From the NCBI RefSeq assembly GCF_006345805.1, contig NC_043003.1:49414001-49478000 (forward strand): a stretch of 64,000 bases of DNA, given 5' to 3'. This DNA comes from Octopus sinensis. Its lineage: Eukaryota. Positions 1 through 12,644 of the stretch are shown here, one piece after another (position 1 is the first letter of the stretch; each line of letters starts with the position of its first letter). A program made the position numbers and the translations under genes. Below the pieces are notes generated by a model. That model had not been told where the DNA came from. It saw only the letters and a program-made list of their open reading frames with translations, and did not search any database.

Positions 1-1846
1 CATGTAGGTGTTGCTGTCGTTGTTGATTTTTGGTTAGTGGTGGTTGTATTGGTGGTGCGTGCGTGTAACTAGATATTTTGCAAATGATGGTGGCGGTGGA
101 TTGGGTTTGCAGAGAGGTGCAAGATGTTACACGATGTCTTGTTCGGTAACACGTCTTTTGAATTCAAATCTGGCGGATATCCATCTCACCAAACGTTGCA
201 TCTTTCTTTTGCTGTTGCCGCTTCTACTGCTGCTGCTACCGCTGTTGTTGCTGTTATTGTTGTTGCTCTTGTCATTTTTATTGTTGTTTAGCCCAAAGGC
301 AAACCCGAAAAAGAGAGATAGAAAAAGAAATAACGAAAGAGAGAGACACACACAGACAGACAGACAGACAGCAGAACTATGATTAAAAGCATTCCAACCT
401 CACGTCTACTTCATAACTATATTATACCTTTTATGTATGTTTTGAAGATGATAGGGCGTAATTTGAGAGACGTTGACTGCTATCTCTAGCAAATCAAACG
501 ACCACGTATTTGATTAAATGAATACCTGTTATAATCATCTGACTGTTCCAGTCAACGAGGGAGCCTCGACAAGGTTGTACGCCTCACTAGAAATAGCAAC
601 CAAATCTCCTTCAAATAACACCCTACCAACTTTGAAAAAATGATGTATTGGATAATGCAGTATTGGATTCCTGGCACATAGGAAAAAAATCTAGGTGGTC
701 AAATTTGGAACGTCTTTATTCATAAGTTTGCTGAATCGAGTTGACCTGGGGTAAGAAAAAGAAAACTTGGTTCGTAGGTACCTTTAGCTGAGCCTATTTT
801 GCTGCAGGCATTCAGAGCAGGACATCGACATAAAGACAGCTTCCTATACTCATCCCGAAGCCCCCCACCCCACCAAATGGTCATGATTACTTCATTCCCC
901 ATTTGAATAAATTAAATACAGGAAATGCATATCGATCGGTTATAGTTTGTTAGTTAACTCTATTGATTAGTTTGTGGTTAATTAAGTCTTGGAATATTTT
1001 AGAAAAAGACTGTTAACTATTATATACACGGTGGATTAAGGCGGCCAGCCGGTAGAATCATTAATTCCTCGGAGAAAATGCTCGGCAGAGTTTCTCCTGG
1101 CGTCACGTTCTGAGCTCAAATGCCGCCACGATCACTTTTACCTTTCATCATTTCGGGGTCGATAAGATAAAGTCCACTTGAGCACAGGGGTTGATGGGTT
1201 CAATTAGCCCTTTCCCTTCAATACTGCTGGCTTTGTGTTAAATTAGAAAGGATTATACCGGTGGATGGCATAATCGCCAGAGATCTAGAATTAGAAATTA
1301 TTTTGTTATCCTTGGTTACATTCCTTTACATTCTGGATTCAAATCCCGACTTTACCAAAACTTGGAGTCAACTCTGTGTTTCTTTCTTCAGGAGTCAATA
1401 TAAGTATTTGTAGTACCTGTTTCATAAAGGGTTTGTCATAATGTTATAATCGATTTTTCTCTTTCTACCAATCACAATTTTTGGCTTTATACCAATGTAA
1501 GAAATTTTTATTAGCCTTTATTTTTTTCTTTAGGTGAATTGGTAGATTCGTTAACATGTCGGATGAAATATCTTGCTGTATTTTTCGGATTTTCTTTTTT
1601 TTCTTTTTGGACTTCGTGCTCAAACCCCGCCGAGATCAACTTAGCTCATTATTCTTCCGAAGTTGATAAGATAAATTACCAGCGAAGTGCTTGGTTCAAT
1701 TCAATCGAGTTATCACTCCGCGCTACTAAAAACAGAAAAAGTGATGTTAGCTTTGGGCCTATATTTGAAACGCTTAATGGAGATGGAGTGACAGAATCGT
1801 TTGCGTTTCGGATAAAATCCCTTACACTATTTATTCAAGCTCTTCT

Positions 1847-2050
1847 ACTCTTTTACTTGTTTCAGTAATTTGACTGTGGACTTGCTGGAGCACCACCTTT
1901 AGTCGAGCAAATCGACCCGAGGACTTATTGTTAGGAAGCCTGGTACTTATTCTATCCGTCTCTTTTGCCGAACCGCTAGGTTACGGGGGCGTAAACACAC
2001 CAGCATCGGTTTTCAAGCGACTTTGGGGGGGGGCACGAACACAGACACAA

Positions 2051-2105
<55 letters not shown>

Positions 2106-2395
2106 CTGCCTTTCGTCGAGCAAATCTTTGTAAGCCTAGTACTTCTTCTATCGGTGTCTTTTGCCGAACCGCTAAGTTACGGGGGACATAAACACACCAG
2201 CATCGGTATATATATATATAAATATATATACATATTACGACGGGCTTCTTTCAGTTTCCGTCTACTAAATCCACTCACAAGACTTTGGTCGGCCCGAGGC
2301 TATAGTAGAAGACACTTGCCCAAGGTGCCACGCAGTGGGACTGAACCCGGAACCATGTGGTTCGTAAGCAAGCTACTTAGCACACAGCCACTTTA
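1847..2395 (-). mobile_element. tRNA-derived SINE family A (internal partial duplication)
   Basis: Head gcaggagtggctgtgtggtaag..gttcagtccc with A/B-box-like motifs, internal microsatellite, tail ..ctgaaacaagtaaaagag. Confidence 0.85.
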
Positions 2396-2652
2396 CGCCT
2401 ATGCTCTTCATGTTCTCAATTCAAATTTCTGCTAAGTATAACTTCGTATTTTGTCTTTCCAGATTCGGTAACGCATGTAGTAGTCAGGTATTTGGGTTAA
2501 TCAATACTTCCACATCTCGAAAATCCTAACCTACTGTATAAATCAGAAAGGATTGTTATTAGTTAGGCGGCAAGCCTGCAGAATCGTTACAGCGTCGGAC
2601 AAAATGCTGCCAAGCATTTTTTCCGACATTTTCTGTTCTGAGTACAAATTCC

Positions 2653-3037
2653 TCTTTTACTCTTTTACTTGTTTCAGTCATTTGACTTCGGCCAAGCTGG
2701 AGTACTGCCTTTCGTCGAGAAAATCGACTCCTGGATTTATTCTTTGTAAGCCTAGTACTTCTTCTATCGCTATGTTACGGGGGACATAAACACACCAGCA
2801 TCGGTTGTCAAGCGATATTGGGGGACAAATACAGACACACAAACATATACATACACATACAGATATATACATATATACGACGGGCTTCTTTCAGTTTCCG
2901 TCTACCAGATCCACTCACAAGTCTTTGGTCGGCTCAAGGCTATAGTAGAAGACACTTGCCCCAGGTGCCACGCAGTGGGACTGAACCCGGAACCATGTGG
3001 TTGGTAAGCAAGCTACTTACCTCACAGCCACTCCTGT
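2653..3037 (-). mobile_element. SINE family A
   Basis: Near-full-length copy aligning with 19514-19896. Confidence 0.9.
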
Positions 3038-3356
3038 GTAGTAAGTAGTTTCCTTTGTCTTTCATCCTTTCAGTTGATAAAATAAGCACCAAATGAGTAC
3101 TGGTATCAGTGTAATCGATTAGACACTTCCCCTTAAAATCTGCTGGCCCTGTGCTCATATTTGAAACCAATGTTATTGAAAAAGATGAGCTGCCAGAATC
3201 GTTAGTGCGTCGGACAAAATGCTTAGCGGCATTTCATCCGATTCTTTACGCTCAAAATTAAAATTTTATCAAGGCTGACTTTGCTTTTCATTCATCCTTT
3301 CGTGATTTGATTAAATGAATACCAGTTGAGCACTGGGGTTGATCGGCGAGCTGGTT

Positions 3357-3588
3357 AAGGCGGCGAGCAGGCAGAAACGTTAGCACGCCGGGCGAAATGC
3401 GTAGCCGTATTTCGTCTGTCGTTACGTTCTGGGTTCAAATTCCGCCGAGGTCAACTTTGCCTTTCATCCTTTCGGGGTCGATAAATTAAGTATCAGTTAC
3501 GCACTGGGGTCGATGTAATCGACTTAATCCGTTTGTCTGTCCTTGTTTGCCCCCTCTGTGTTTAGCCCTCTGTGGGTAGTAAAGAAAT
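3357..3588 (+). mobile_element. SINE family B (Nin/Deu-domain-like core), young form nested in an older B copy (3185-3348 + 3590-3650)
   Basis: aaggcggcgag..gttcaaattcc..GCCTTTCATCCTTTCGGGGTCGATAAATTAAGTA core, which from memory resembles the Deu/Nin SINE domain; tail ..gtgggtagtaaagaaat. Confidence 0.85.
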
Positions 3589-5049
3589 TTATAATCGACA
3601 TTGCCGCCTCTCGCTAAAGTTGTTGGTCTTGTTCTAAAATTTGAAACAATTATTGTTATTATTGTTATTATTATTGCTGTTGTTGTTGTACCTTTGTCAC
3701 TTTTTAATTGAAATTATATTTCTTTATTTCACCTAAACCGAATCGATTGAACAAAAGAGCCGGTCTCTTAAATTCAAGAAGATAAGACTCTTTTGTTAGT
3801 ACTCAGACAGCCATAAACTATGTCTAATGCTAAATGTTTGAAACGTTTTTACATATTTTGACTTTACAGCTTCTCGGCTTTGTTTGGAAAACTAAGATAA
3901 ACAGCTTTTGTGAGGAGGAAAGGGCGTTTTTTAAAATTTTTTAGGGGTTTATTTGATCTCTTTTTACTTTCTTACTTTCATTGAAAACCTGAAATTGTAA
4001 AGATTAAACAATAAAACATTCGGTTACGCAAAAAATGTCTAAGTGAATCAGTAATTATAAGTATGGATTGATAAATTTATTATGGTTATTTATATATCAA
4101 TAGACTATTCATAGCCGTCTTTTCCTTGATTTATGTGTATGCGTAACATTCATTTCAATTAAACCACTGAGTTCTAAAACCGTTCCTCCACTTTATTATT
4201 ATTATTTTGTCACACAACAACATTAGTTGTCTTTTTCTTGTTTTATAATATTTTTTAACAATTGTTGTTTAAAACTAGAAAGTTTCACCGTATTTCTCTC
4301 CATTCAAAGTTGTTGATTTGTTCTGTATAATTGTCTGGTGATCTTATTTCTTTCAATACGCCTACGAGGCTTGTACTTTTTGCGAACATATATATATATA
4401 TATTATATTTGTTAGAATTTATGTGCACATGGTAAATATTAACAGTATTGTTATTTATTGTTGTGTAAGTCTAGGTCAACGTTGACTGAATAGACCAATG
4501 ATCAAAGACATTTCAGCCATGAACATCTCGTCGTATTACAGGTATCTACGACTAATGTATTTATCTGTCTTTAAAGACAATGGCGTATGATTTTAGGGGG
4601 ATTTTATTGCTATATCTAGCATATTCAGCGACTAGGTAGATACTACTTCATTGGTTCAGTACACTCTTATGTCACATAATGCTAATTAATGAATCAACCT
4701 TAAGAGTTCCACCACTTTCTTCCAAAGCTATTCTTTAAGGTTTTTCAACCAACCTCTTCCCGATCTTGTAATACCTCTTTTACCACAGTTATAACTTTTT
4801 GAAATATTCAAAGAATTTAATGATATTATTTAAAAACCCGACAATAAACTTGAAATAATGAACAGTTTCAATGATGTATCATTGCCTCAATCTAAGGTAT
4901 TGAGTTGTCCGGAAATTTTGTGCCTATTAATAGTAGCTTACCTTTCGACTTAATTTAGAACATGGGTGCATGTGCGTGTGTGTGTGTGTGTGTTTACCGA
5001 TTAGTTAAGGAGAGAGGAGAGAGAGAAAAATATTAAAAGAAAGAGAGGT

Positions 5050-5665
5050 GAGGGCGGATACAATGACCCTTTTTCGGTGCCTTCGAGACTGGTTGAGAAA
5101 AGAACGTAAGTCAAATTGGAGGAATGGTCTAAATGCCTGGGACAGAGTAGACACTCAAGAACTTGGTAACAGAATTAAACGGAGCGGCAGATTAACTCTG
5201 TCGTTTCTCCATAACTACTTACAGACATCGACGATCATGAAACCCAGTAACAAAATCTGGGGTCTCATGATTTTCCTTGCAAAAGAGAAAGCCGTGTTTT
5301 CTCGTGGCAAGTTTACTTATAATTTACTCAGTACCTTTTCAGCTTACCCTTGCGGTATAAGTTTTCTTAAACTCTTACGCAGGAAGACTGATTCACATGA
5401 CATCAGGCATGTCCACACACCGCGGGCCTGTCTGATACATGTCTAAGCACAAACCTCCACCGTGTCCTATATGCCTTAGTCACAGAACCATCTCCAGCTT
5501 TTTAACCCATAAGTTGTGCCCTTGACAGATACTACCACACCGTGTCAGAGCAGACCCGAAGGTAGCGAAGACTTGATAACAAGATGCCAAAATTTCTAAC
5601 TTATATAATAATCAATTAATATTCTACTTCTGGTATTGACTACTCTTTCACAGTTCATCACCACA
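5050..5665 (+). pseudogene. Possible decayed I-clade LINE 3' end
   Basis: Frameshifted pieces RRK..IRH..YMSKHKPPPCPICL..CALDRY..MPKFLTYI resemble the I-clade ORF2 C-terminus (RIGH...PPxCxxC...HIL..C); followed by a (TCTA)n tail. Confidence 0.4.
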
Positions 5666-5667
<2 letters not shown>

Positions 5668-5760
<93 letters not shown>

Positions 5761-5761
5761 A
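5668..5761. repeat. (TCTA)n microsatellite
   Basis: Pure tetranucleotide array. Confidence 0.98.
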
Positions 5762-5820
5762 ATACATATATAAATACACACACACATATATGTATGTATT
5801 TATATACATACATATATATA

Positions 5821-5995
5821 TTGTGACCGCGTGGTACCGTTGGTTCTTTCCTTTTCCTATGTTTCTGACGAAGAGCTCCGCTCGAAACGTAAAGCCCTCC
5901 TTCCCTTCCTTCCTGAGCGTCTAATAATACTATATGTGTTCCACCTCCTCGCGTTGTTGTGTTTTCTCTTTGTGTTTTCATGTTTGGATTAACTT
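5821..5995 (+). mobile_element. Short Penelope-like (pLTR-type) element with minimal hammerhead ribozyme motif
   Basis: guuu-CUGACGA-A-GAGC-ucc-GCUC-GAAAC-GUA-aagc at 5861-5895; flanked by (TA)n. Confidence 0.6.
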
Positions 5996-6015
5996 TATAT
6001 ATAATTATATATATG

Positions 6016-6056
<41 letters not shown>

Positions 6057-6061
6057 AGTTG

Positions 6062-6340
6062 TGTCTTGGAAGGGACATTATGCCAGTAATAATAAACATG
6101 CGCACTTTTTTATTGTTAGGTCAATCAGTTAAATATCTAACTTAATCGATCGTTTGTTTAATGTGTTGATTGGTTAAACAATCAATCGGTTGCTTATTTA
6201 ACCAGCCAACACATTAAACAAAGGATTGATTAGTTTGTTGGTTATATATTAAACCGATTGACTGACCTAACAGTGAAGAAGTGGTATTGAACCAATGTGT
6301 GTGTTTATTGTTGTTAGCGTAATGACCCTACTAAGATAAG
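6062..6340. mobile_element. Fold-back MITE family F, copy 1
   Basis: Nested imperfect inverted repeats (gttaggtcaatc/gattgactgacctaac; tttgtttaatgtgttgattggttaaa/tttaaccagccaacacattaaacaaa) and outer arms tcttggaagggacattatg/cgtaatgaccctactaaga. Confidence 0.7.
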
Positions 6341-6529
6341 ATTTGCATCAACGCAAGAATTCACATCAAGAATTTTATAAATCAAAAACGAAGTATATGT
6401 GTGTGCGCGTGTATGTGTGTAGGTGCGCGCGCGTGTGTGTGTGTACACATGCACTCTCCTTTCTAGTTCACCCGAGGTTTTCAAAACCTTACACACCTTG
6501 GGAACCTTTACGTGGTCACCTGTTCTGCT

Positions 6530-6715
6530 AGAAAGTGTAGCCACAACATTCCTCTACATCAAATCTTCGCATCTGAAATAATAAAACAATATATAGGGTA
6601 ACGCTATCCCTACATGAGCAGAAAAAAGGAGGCATGGTCACGGCTGGAATGCTTTTGATCTTAGATCTGCTGGATAAAGGTTGACCTAGAGAATACACAG
6701 CAACGACAACAGCAT
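6530..6715 (+). mobile_element. Interspersed repeat family E (ctagaaatagcagccaaa.. ggtcacggctggaatg.. (CAA)n tail)
   Basis: Homologous fragments at ~420-520(-), 585-755(+), 4455-4650(-), 21262-21310. Confidence 0.55.
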
Positions 6716-7452
6716 CATCATCAGTAACAACATCAACAATTAACAATCCATTAATTGTTGATGTTGTTGTACTATAAAACAACAAAACATACAACCACAC
6801 AAACACGTACTTTAACGCACACACACACACTCGTGCACATACACACATGTACACACACACACACACGTGCATATACACACACAAATCAAGAAAAAAGAAA
6901 GAAATTGCAATACATACATTCCTCCATCTCATTCGTTTTTCTCTCCATTCTGTAAAAAGAAAAAAAAATGATTATTTTGCTCATTAATAAAGAACACACG
7001 CATTTTTGAAGTAGTTATTTTCTAAATATAATTTGTTTATCAGCGGCGGTCTCAGTGTGACAAACAACTGTTCTCTATGCCGTTGTTCAGCATTAATCTT
7101 AGACTCATTCTACCTTGTTTTTATTTCCGTTTTAGTTCGGTATTATTGATGTTATTATTGATGTGAACACTACCACCGGTTTTGCAAACTCCCACCATTA
7201 GACTTGCCTTTTCTTTTGTCGTTTTACTTTCACTTTCATTATTTCGGTCTTTGTTTGTTTGTGTGGATAAGGATCGAATGTTTCTTGAGTAATCAATCGA
7301 ATATTACAGCTATTTTGATAGTGATACGGATGCTGATATATTATCGCATATTGATTCTTTGCTGAGGGGAAAAGTTTCTCATTGTCATAGCCTCTAGCTT
7401 TACTCTAAGTCGCTACCAATATCCTTTGGTACAATGTGGATTACACATGTGC

Positions 7453-7504
<52 letters not shown>

Positions 7505-7636
7505 CTGACGTATAAGTGTATGTGTTAGCCTTTCATCCTTCGGAAGTCGATAAAATACCAATCAAATGCTGTAGTCGATTCAATCGACTAACCCGACCCC
7601 CACATTATGCTGTTGGCCTTAAATATATGCTTGAGA

Positions 7637-7805
7637 TTATTATTATTATTATTGTTATTATTGTTATTATTATTATTGTTATTATTATTATTGTTATTAT
7701 TATTGTTATTGTTATTATTATTATTGTTATTATTATTATTGTTATTATTATTGTTATTGTTATTATTATTATTATTGTTATTATTATTATCATCATCATC
7801 ATCAT
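7637..7805. repeat. (ATT/GTT)n microsatellite
   Basis: Source of poly-I/poly-L ORFs. Confidence 0.97.
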
Positions 7806-8103
7806 TAAGGCTGTGTGCTCATAGAATCGTGTTAGCGCGCCGAGGGAAATGCTTAGCAGTATTTCGTCTGCCGCTACGTTCTGAGTTCAAATTCCGCCGA
7901 GGTCGACTTTGCCTTTCAAGTGAACGATATTTCGACATCACGTGTGTCTTCTACAGGTTCAAGAAATAAACGTGTCAATCTACTTCATTTTGGTTAATAT
8001 TTATAGGATTGAGGTAACTCCTCCAGAAGATATAGTGTCAAAATTAAAAGAAGAGTGCCATTGTCATCTAGTGAATGATATTTCGACATCTCATGTGTGT
8101 GTG

Positions 8104-9240
8104 TTATTGTTTTATTTCTCAGAACTCTCGGTCTTACTTGCTCTAGTTGATTCTGTGATAGCGGACAGTAACTTGTTGTCAGAGGTCTCACAGGTTCTAT
8201 TTCCGCAAATCATAAGCTTTGGTATTTGGATGTTAACTTATCGTTAAAAACACTTAACATTCAAGCACCAATCTCAGAATCCTAGCTGTCCCCAATAGGG
8301 CAGGTTTTGGGGGGCTTGCTCTGCCTTCATGTCTCGAACCTGCTTGTTAGTGCTCCGAGTGTCCCTACAACTACTGGGATAACAGTTACTCTCCTCGTTC
8401 TCCACATTCTTGAAATTTCGTCTTTTAGTAGTCTGTATTATTCCATCTTTTCTAGCTCTTTGTCATCTTCGCGTGCATCTCTAGTCATGGCAATATCTAT
8501 TATCTCAGTTTCTTTTTTTTCTTTTATCTACCACAACAATTTCTTGTCTCCGAGCATCGATTAGGGCAGTGGTTTTCAACCAGGATTCCGCCAGTACAGT
8601 CCAGGGGTTCCGCAAGAATTTACAAAACTGCTAAAATCGGCAGTAATTTTTAATTCTCCTGTGCAGATATGTGTGCATAAGACAATTAAGTTATTGCACA
8701 GGGGTTCCTCGAGCCAGTGGAATGTTTCCTTGGGGTTCCTCTCCAGCAAAAAGGTTGAAAAGCACTGGATTTGGGAGTCACACTGGATTGTAAAATCCCA
8801 CAGGATCTTATATTCATTGTTCTCGGTGACGCCCTCTGGTTCCTGTTTCTATCATTTCTGTGTTCTGCCCAGACCGTACTTTTCACACAGTCTCCAGTGA
8901 ACAAACTTAGCCATGCTATCATGCTTCCTTTTGCAGTGCTTTTGGGCCAACTATGCTACACTCACTCAGTACTGAGCCAGCTATGCTACACTCGCTTACA
9001 CATCTTACAAAGGGGTGATGCATTGCTCTTAGCTCTTTGGAAATAGGTATACTTAGTTCCCAGAGTTTGATCCTGAGTACTGCATATCATTGCTCGGTGT
9101 TTCCTTTCAAATAATTTTTTCTTAATCATTTCCAAGTGTTGATCTTGTCTTTCCCTTCGATTTCTCTGAGGTATTGACCATGCATTGTTTAAAAAATTAG
9201 CTACGTTATTGTGCCTCTTTTTGCAACGCTTTTGCAAACT
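8104..9240 (-). pseudogene. RLE-type non-LTR retrotransposon 3' remnant (R4/Dong- or HERO-like), zinc knuckle plus restriction-like endonuclease
   Basis: Manual translation with frameshifts: MHGQYLRE..ICSTQDQTL..SPLCKMC..SECS..LAQKHCKRKHD..KILWDFTIQCD..ARRQEIVVVDK..IIDIA..EKME*Y..VIPVVVGTLG..GTARILRLVLEC*; interrupted by a hAT MITE. Confidence 0.9.
8567..8767. mobile_element. hAT-type MITE
   Basis: TIRs CAGTGGTTTTCAACC / GGTTGAAAAGCACTG; 8-bp TSD gattaggg / gatttggg. Confidence 0.9.
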
Positions 9241-9245
9241 TAGCA

Positions 9246-9246
9246 A

Positions 9247-9312
<66 letters not shown>

Positions 9313-9555
9313 TCCTTCGTAGCACAGTGTAGGTAAGATTGCACCGGAGTCTTTAGTCATCTTGTCAAGCCACAACAACGACCTCAAACAGATAATACTT
9401 TCCTTAAGATGTGCGCTGTGCCCAATAAGGCTGCTTTTTGCAAGACCTCCATCTTGCATGGGATTTCCAGTTGCCTTAAGAAGTCTTGAAGTTTGAATGG
9501 GATTGAGCCCAATGCTCCGATCACCACTGGTGTAATTTACATTTCAAATACTCAA
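9246..9555 (-). pseudogene. Second RLE-type LINE, 5'-truncated 3' end with (TAA)n tail
   Basis: ITPVVIGALGSIPFKLQDFLRQLEIPCKMEVLQKAALLGTAHILRKVLSV*, then a short UTR and (TAA)n. Confidence 0.85.
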
Positions 9556-9590
9556 ATATGAGACATACACGCACGAACACATACGCATAC

Positions 9591-9664
<74 letters not shown>

Positions 9665-10431
9665 ATTCATACTTATATACATTTATATACACACACATAC
9701 ACACACATATATATATATATATATGCATGCACAGACAGTTTACCATAGCTGTTACGCGGTTTGCAAGTACTATAATTATTATTAGATAAAAGCGTTAGAA
9801 TTTGCTATATTGAAGCCGAATGTTCAGAATGATTTCGTTCTGCCATCGTATAAGGTGGCAGTGGCAATTTTCTGGGTACCAATTGACTAATTTCGAGATA
9901 TAAATCACCTGGAAACAAAGCTAATGACATACTCACAGCTGGCATATTTTTGGTAACATGTCTATCCAAAATGGCTGGCCTGTGACAAAAAATAACGCTC
10001 CTACCAACACTTTTCCAGACAAAAACAACAATGCAATAGAGAAACCGCCAAGTGGCCACTTGACGTGCTAGACACAACATGAAAATCTCCTTCAAGGGGA
10101 AGGACACGGTATATACCTAAGGGGGGAAAAAAAAAGGAAAAAAATAACAGAATGCCATTTGTTATTACAATTCAATTGAAAAATTATTTTACAACGTTAT
10201 CATATCATAACTTATGACAGTTAGTTATAGAAAGCGCACACACACGGACATATTTACACACTCACATTTACACAAACGTATATACACATACACAAATACA
10301 TTCATACGTACACACACACACACACACAGATATACTTATATCTGTGTTATGTGTATGTATGCGTACACACACACTCACATACGAACATATAAGTAATTAT
10401 ATGTATGCATGCATGTATACATGTATATATG

Positions 10432-10462
<31 letters not shown>

Positions 10463-10796
10463 CTGTGCGTATATGTATGTGTCTACATGTATACATGTAT
10501 GTGTCTCTATACATGTATGTATAAACGTGTCTATATATATATGTGTATCTGTGTGTGAATATGTGTGTATGTGTTTGTATTAATATGTAACAGGTGTAGT
10601 ATATACTCAATCACGTGTACACACACAGGGACTAATACGCAAATACACACACACAGATACGCACTCTCACACATAAACGCATACACGCACACTGTCTCTC
10701 TTTCTCTCTCTCTCTCCCTCCCAGTCTTTCTCTCTCTCTCTCAGTCTTTCTCTCTCTCTCAGTCTTTCTCTCTCTCCCTCTCTCTCTTTCTGTCTT

Positions 10797-10855
<59 letters not shown>

Positions 10856-11591
10856 CTATTTCTTCCTCACACGCACGTCTTATAACACTTAAAAAGACGC
10901 TAAGTCGAATATACATTTAGATTTAGATCTATGATTTATTAGAGGCAATATGCAATTGAAAGCAACCAGTATCCGTTGTAATATCCAAAAATGGACACAT
11001 GACAAATTACACAACATATATCTACGTACGTATGTATATTTGTATGCACCTATGTATGCATGCATTTATGTACGTATGTGTCTGTTCACACACTTATGTT
11101 CACACGTATATACGTTCGTGTTACATTCTACGAAATCTCCACTCAATACCTCAAATCTTTATTGTTCACAACTTATTTCCTAAAAATAACTGCCACTCTC
11201 AACAGCTCTGGTTGTCAAGTGTTGTCTCAAAACAGGATATTCATAGTTCTATAATAATAGCGAACAATTGCACCAAATAATAATATATCTTCTAATGTTT
11301 TCACCAAAACTGATTCGACTATTTTACCCCTCCAACCCCCCAACCCCAACCCACTCCCCTCCGCTGCCACTCTTCACTGCTTTTCTTTTTGCCATGCTCT
11401 TTCTTTCCTATTATAAATCCGCTTGCCAAAATAACGTTTCGTTAATAGTGTAAACTTGACACACACACAAAGCAAACGTGGCAGAGACATGGTTGAGCGC
11501 TTCAGAAGTTTACTTCGCGACCGTGTGACTCCAGATTCAATCCCATTGCACATCATTTTCGAGCCGTCTATTCTACCATGATCTATCTATC

Positions 11592-11635
<44 letters not shown>

Positions 11636-11689
11636 AAAAAGTTTTTCTTTCTGTGATACACGATCCCTTTTGATCGTTTTACTTTTTTT

Positions 11690-11818
11690 TTTACTCCGAT
11701 CCCTTTTAATCGAAATTTTACATTTGTTTCCTTTTTTTTCCATCTTTGAAAAGAAAAGTTCTACATTTGTAATTGTCCACTCTGTGCCCAGACCTGTGTG
11801 GCCAATAAAGAAAGTTAT
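11690..11818 (+). mobile_element. LINE-like 3' terminus with (TCTA)n tail
   Basis: ttgtaattgtccactctgtgcccagacctgtgtggccaataaagaaa followed by a microsatellite; resembles the tail of SINE family B. Confidence 0.45.
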
Positions 11819-11864
11819 CTATCTATCTATCTATCTTTCTGGCCGTGATATGCCACCTCTGGAG

Positions 11865-11910
<46 letters not shown>

Positions 11911-11911
<1 letters not shown>

Positions 11912-12390
11912 GTGAAGTATATTTGCCACCTAAATGTGGCTGACCCATATGGGACGATGCTACTGTAGTTTATAGCCCCAGGAAGACGAATATGAGTTCT
12001 TTCTGCTATGCATATGTTGCATTTCTCAGATCCATTAAAATATGCCTTGGATTTCTTCACTATACTCCACTAAATTGTAGTTGGTGTGGAGCTGCTCTTC
12101 AAATATCATACGTGGCTAACCAACTTAGTTGCATTACTTTTATCGATGTGCGGGAAGGAAGACATGTGGCTTGCATAATGTCTCTTGAATTCGACCTCAC
12201 ATGACCCGATGTAATTCTCCTTTTCAATTGCTTTGTCTTGGAGCGTAGCTGTAACTTCAACCTCATATATGAGGATATTAGTTTTTTTGATTTCGTTTCT
12301 TTTTTTCTAGTTCCATTTTTTGCACAAAACTTCTTCACGTTTTTTTCCAGTGTTTTTTTTTTTACTAATTTTCTCACTGTCCAGCCTTCT
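11911..12390 (-). pseudogene. Penelope-like element GIY-YIG endonuclease remnant
   Basis: Manual translation: NILIYEVEVT...ENYIGSCEVEFKRHYASHMSSF...ATKLVSHV*YLK...I*WSIVKKSKAYFNGSEKCNICIAE. This shows IYE/YIG motifs and the CxxC tail typical of PLE ORFs; two in-frame stops. Confidence 0.8.
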
Positions 12391-12644
12391 TGTTTTTAAA
12401 ATATATATAACGCATAAATAGAGCATGAAAGATTGCTTTAAGATACCTGGTTTATTTTATAGATATGCCTGCTCAGGTATCATAAAAGCATCAAACTATT
12501 AGTAACTCTTTCGTTGTGCATGAAATTGTAAATAAGTATCACTTTCGGAAGTGATAAAGTACTGGGGTCCAGGCTATCGACTTACCTACCTCAAATTGCT
12601 AGCTTTGTGCATAAAACAGAAACCATTATTATTAATATACTTTT

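Noticed and set aside
4690-4930. Possible mariner end fragments (also 13730-14330)
   Set aside because: Only short, weak resemblance; TIR pair and transposase frame could not be established.
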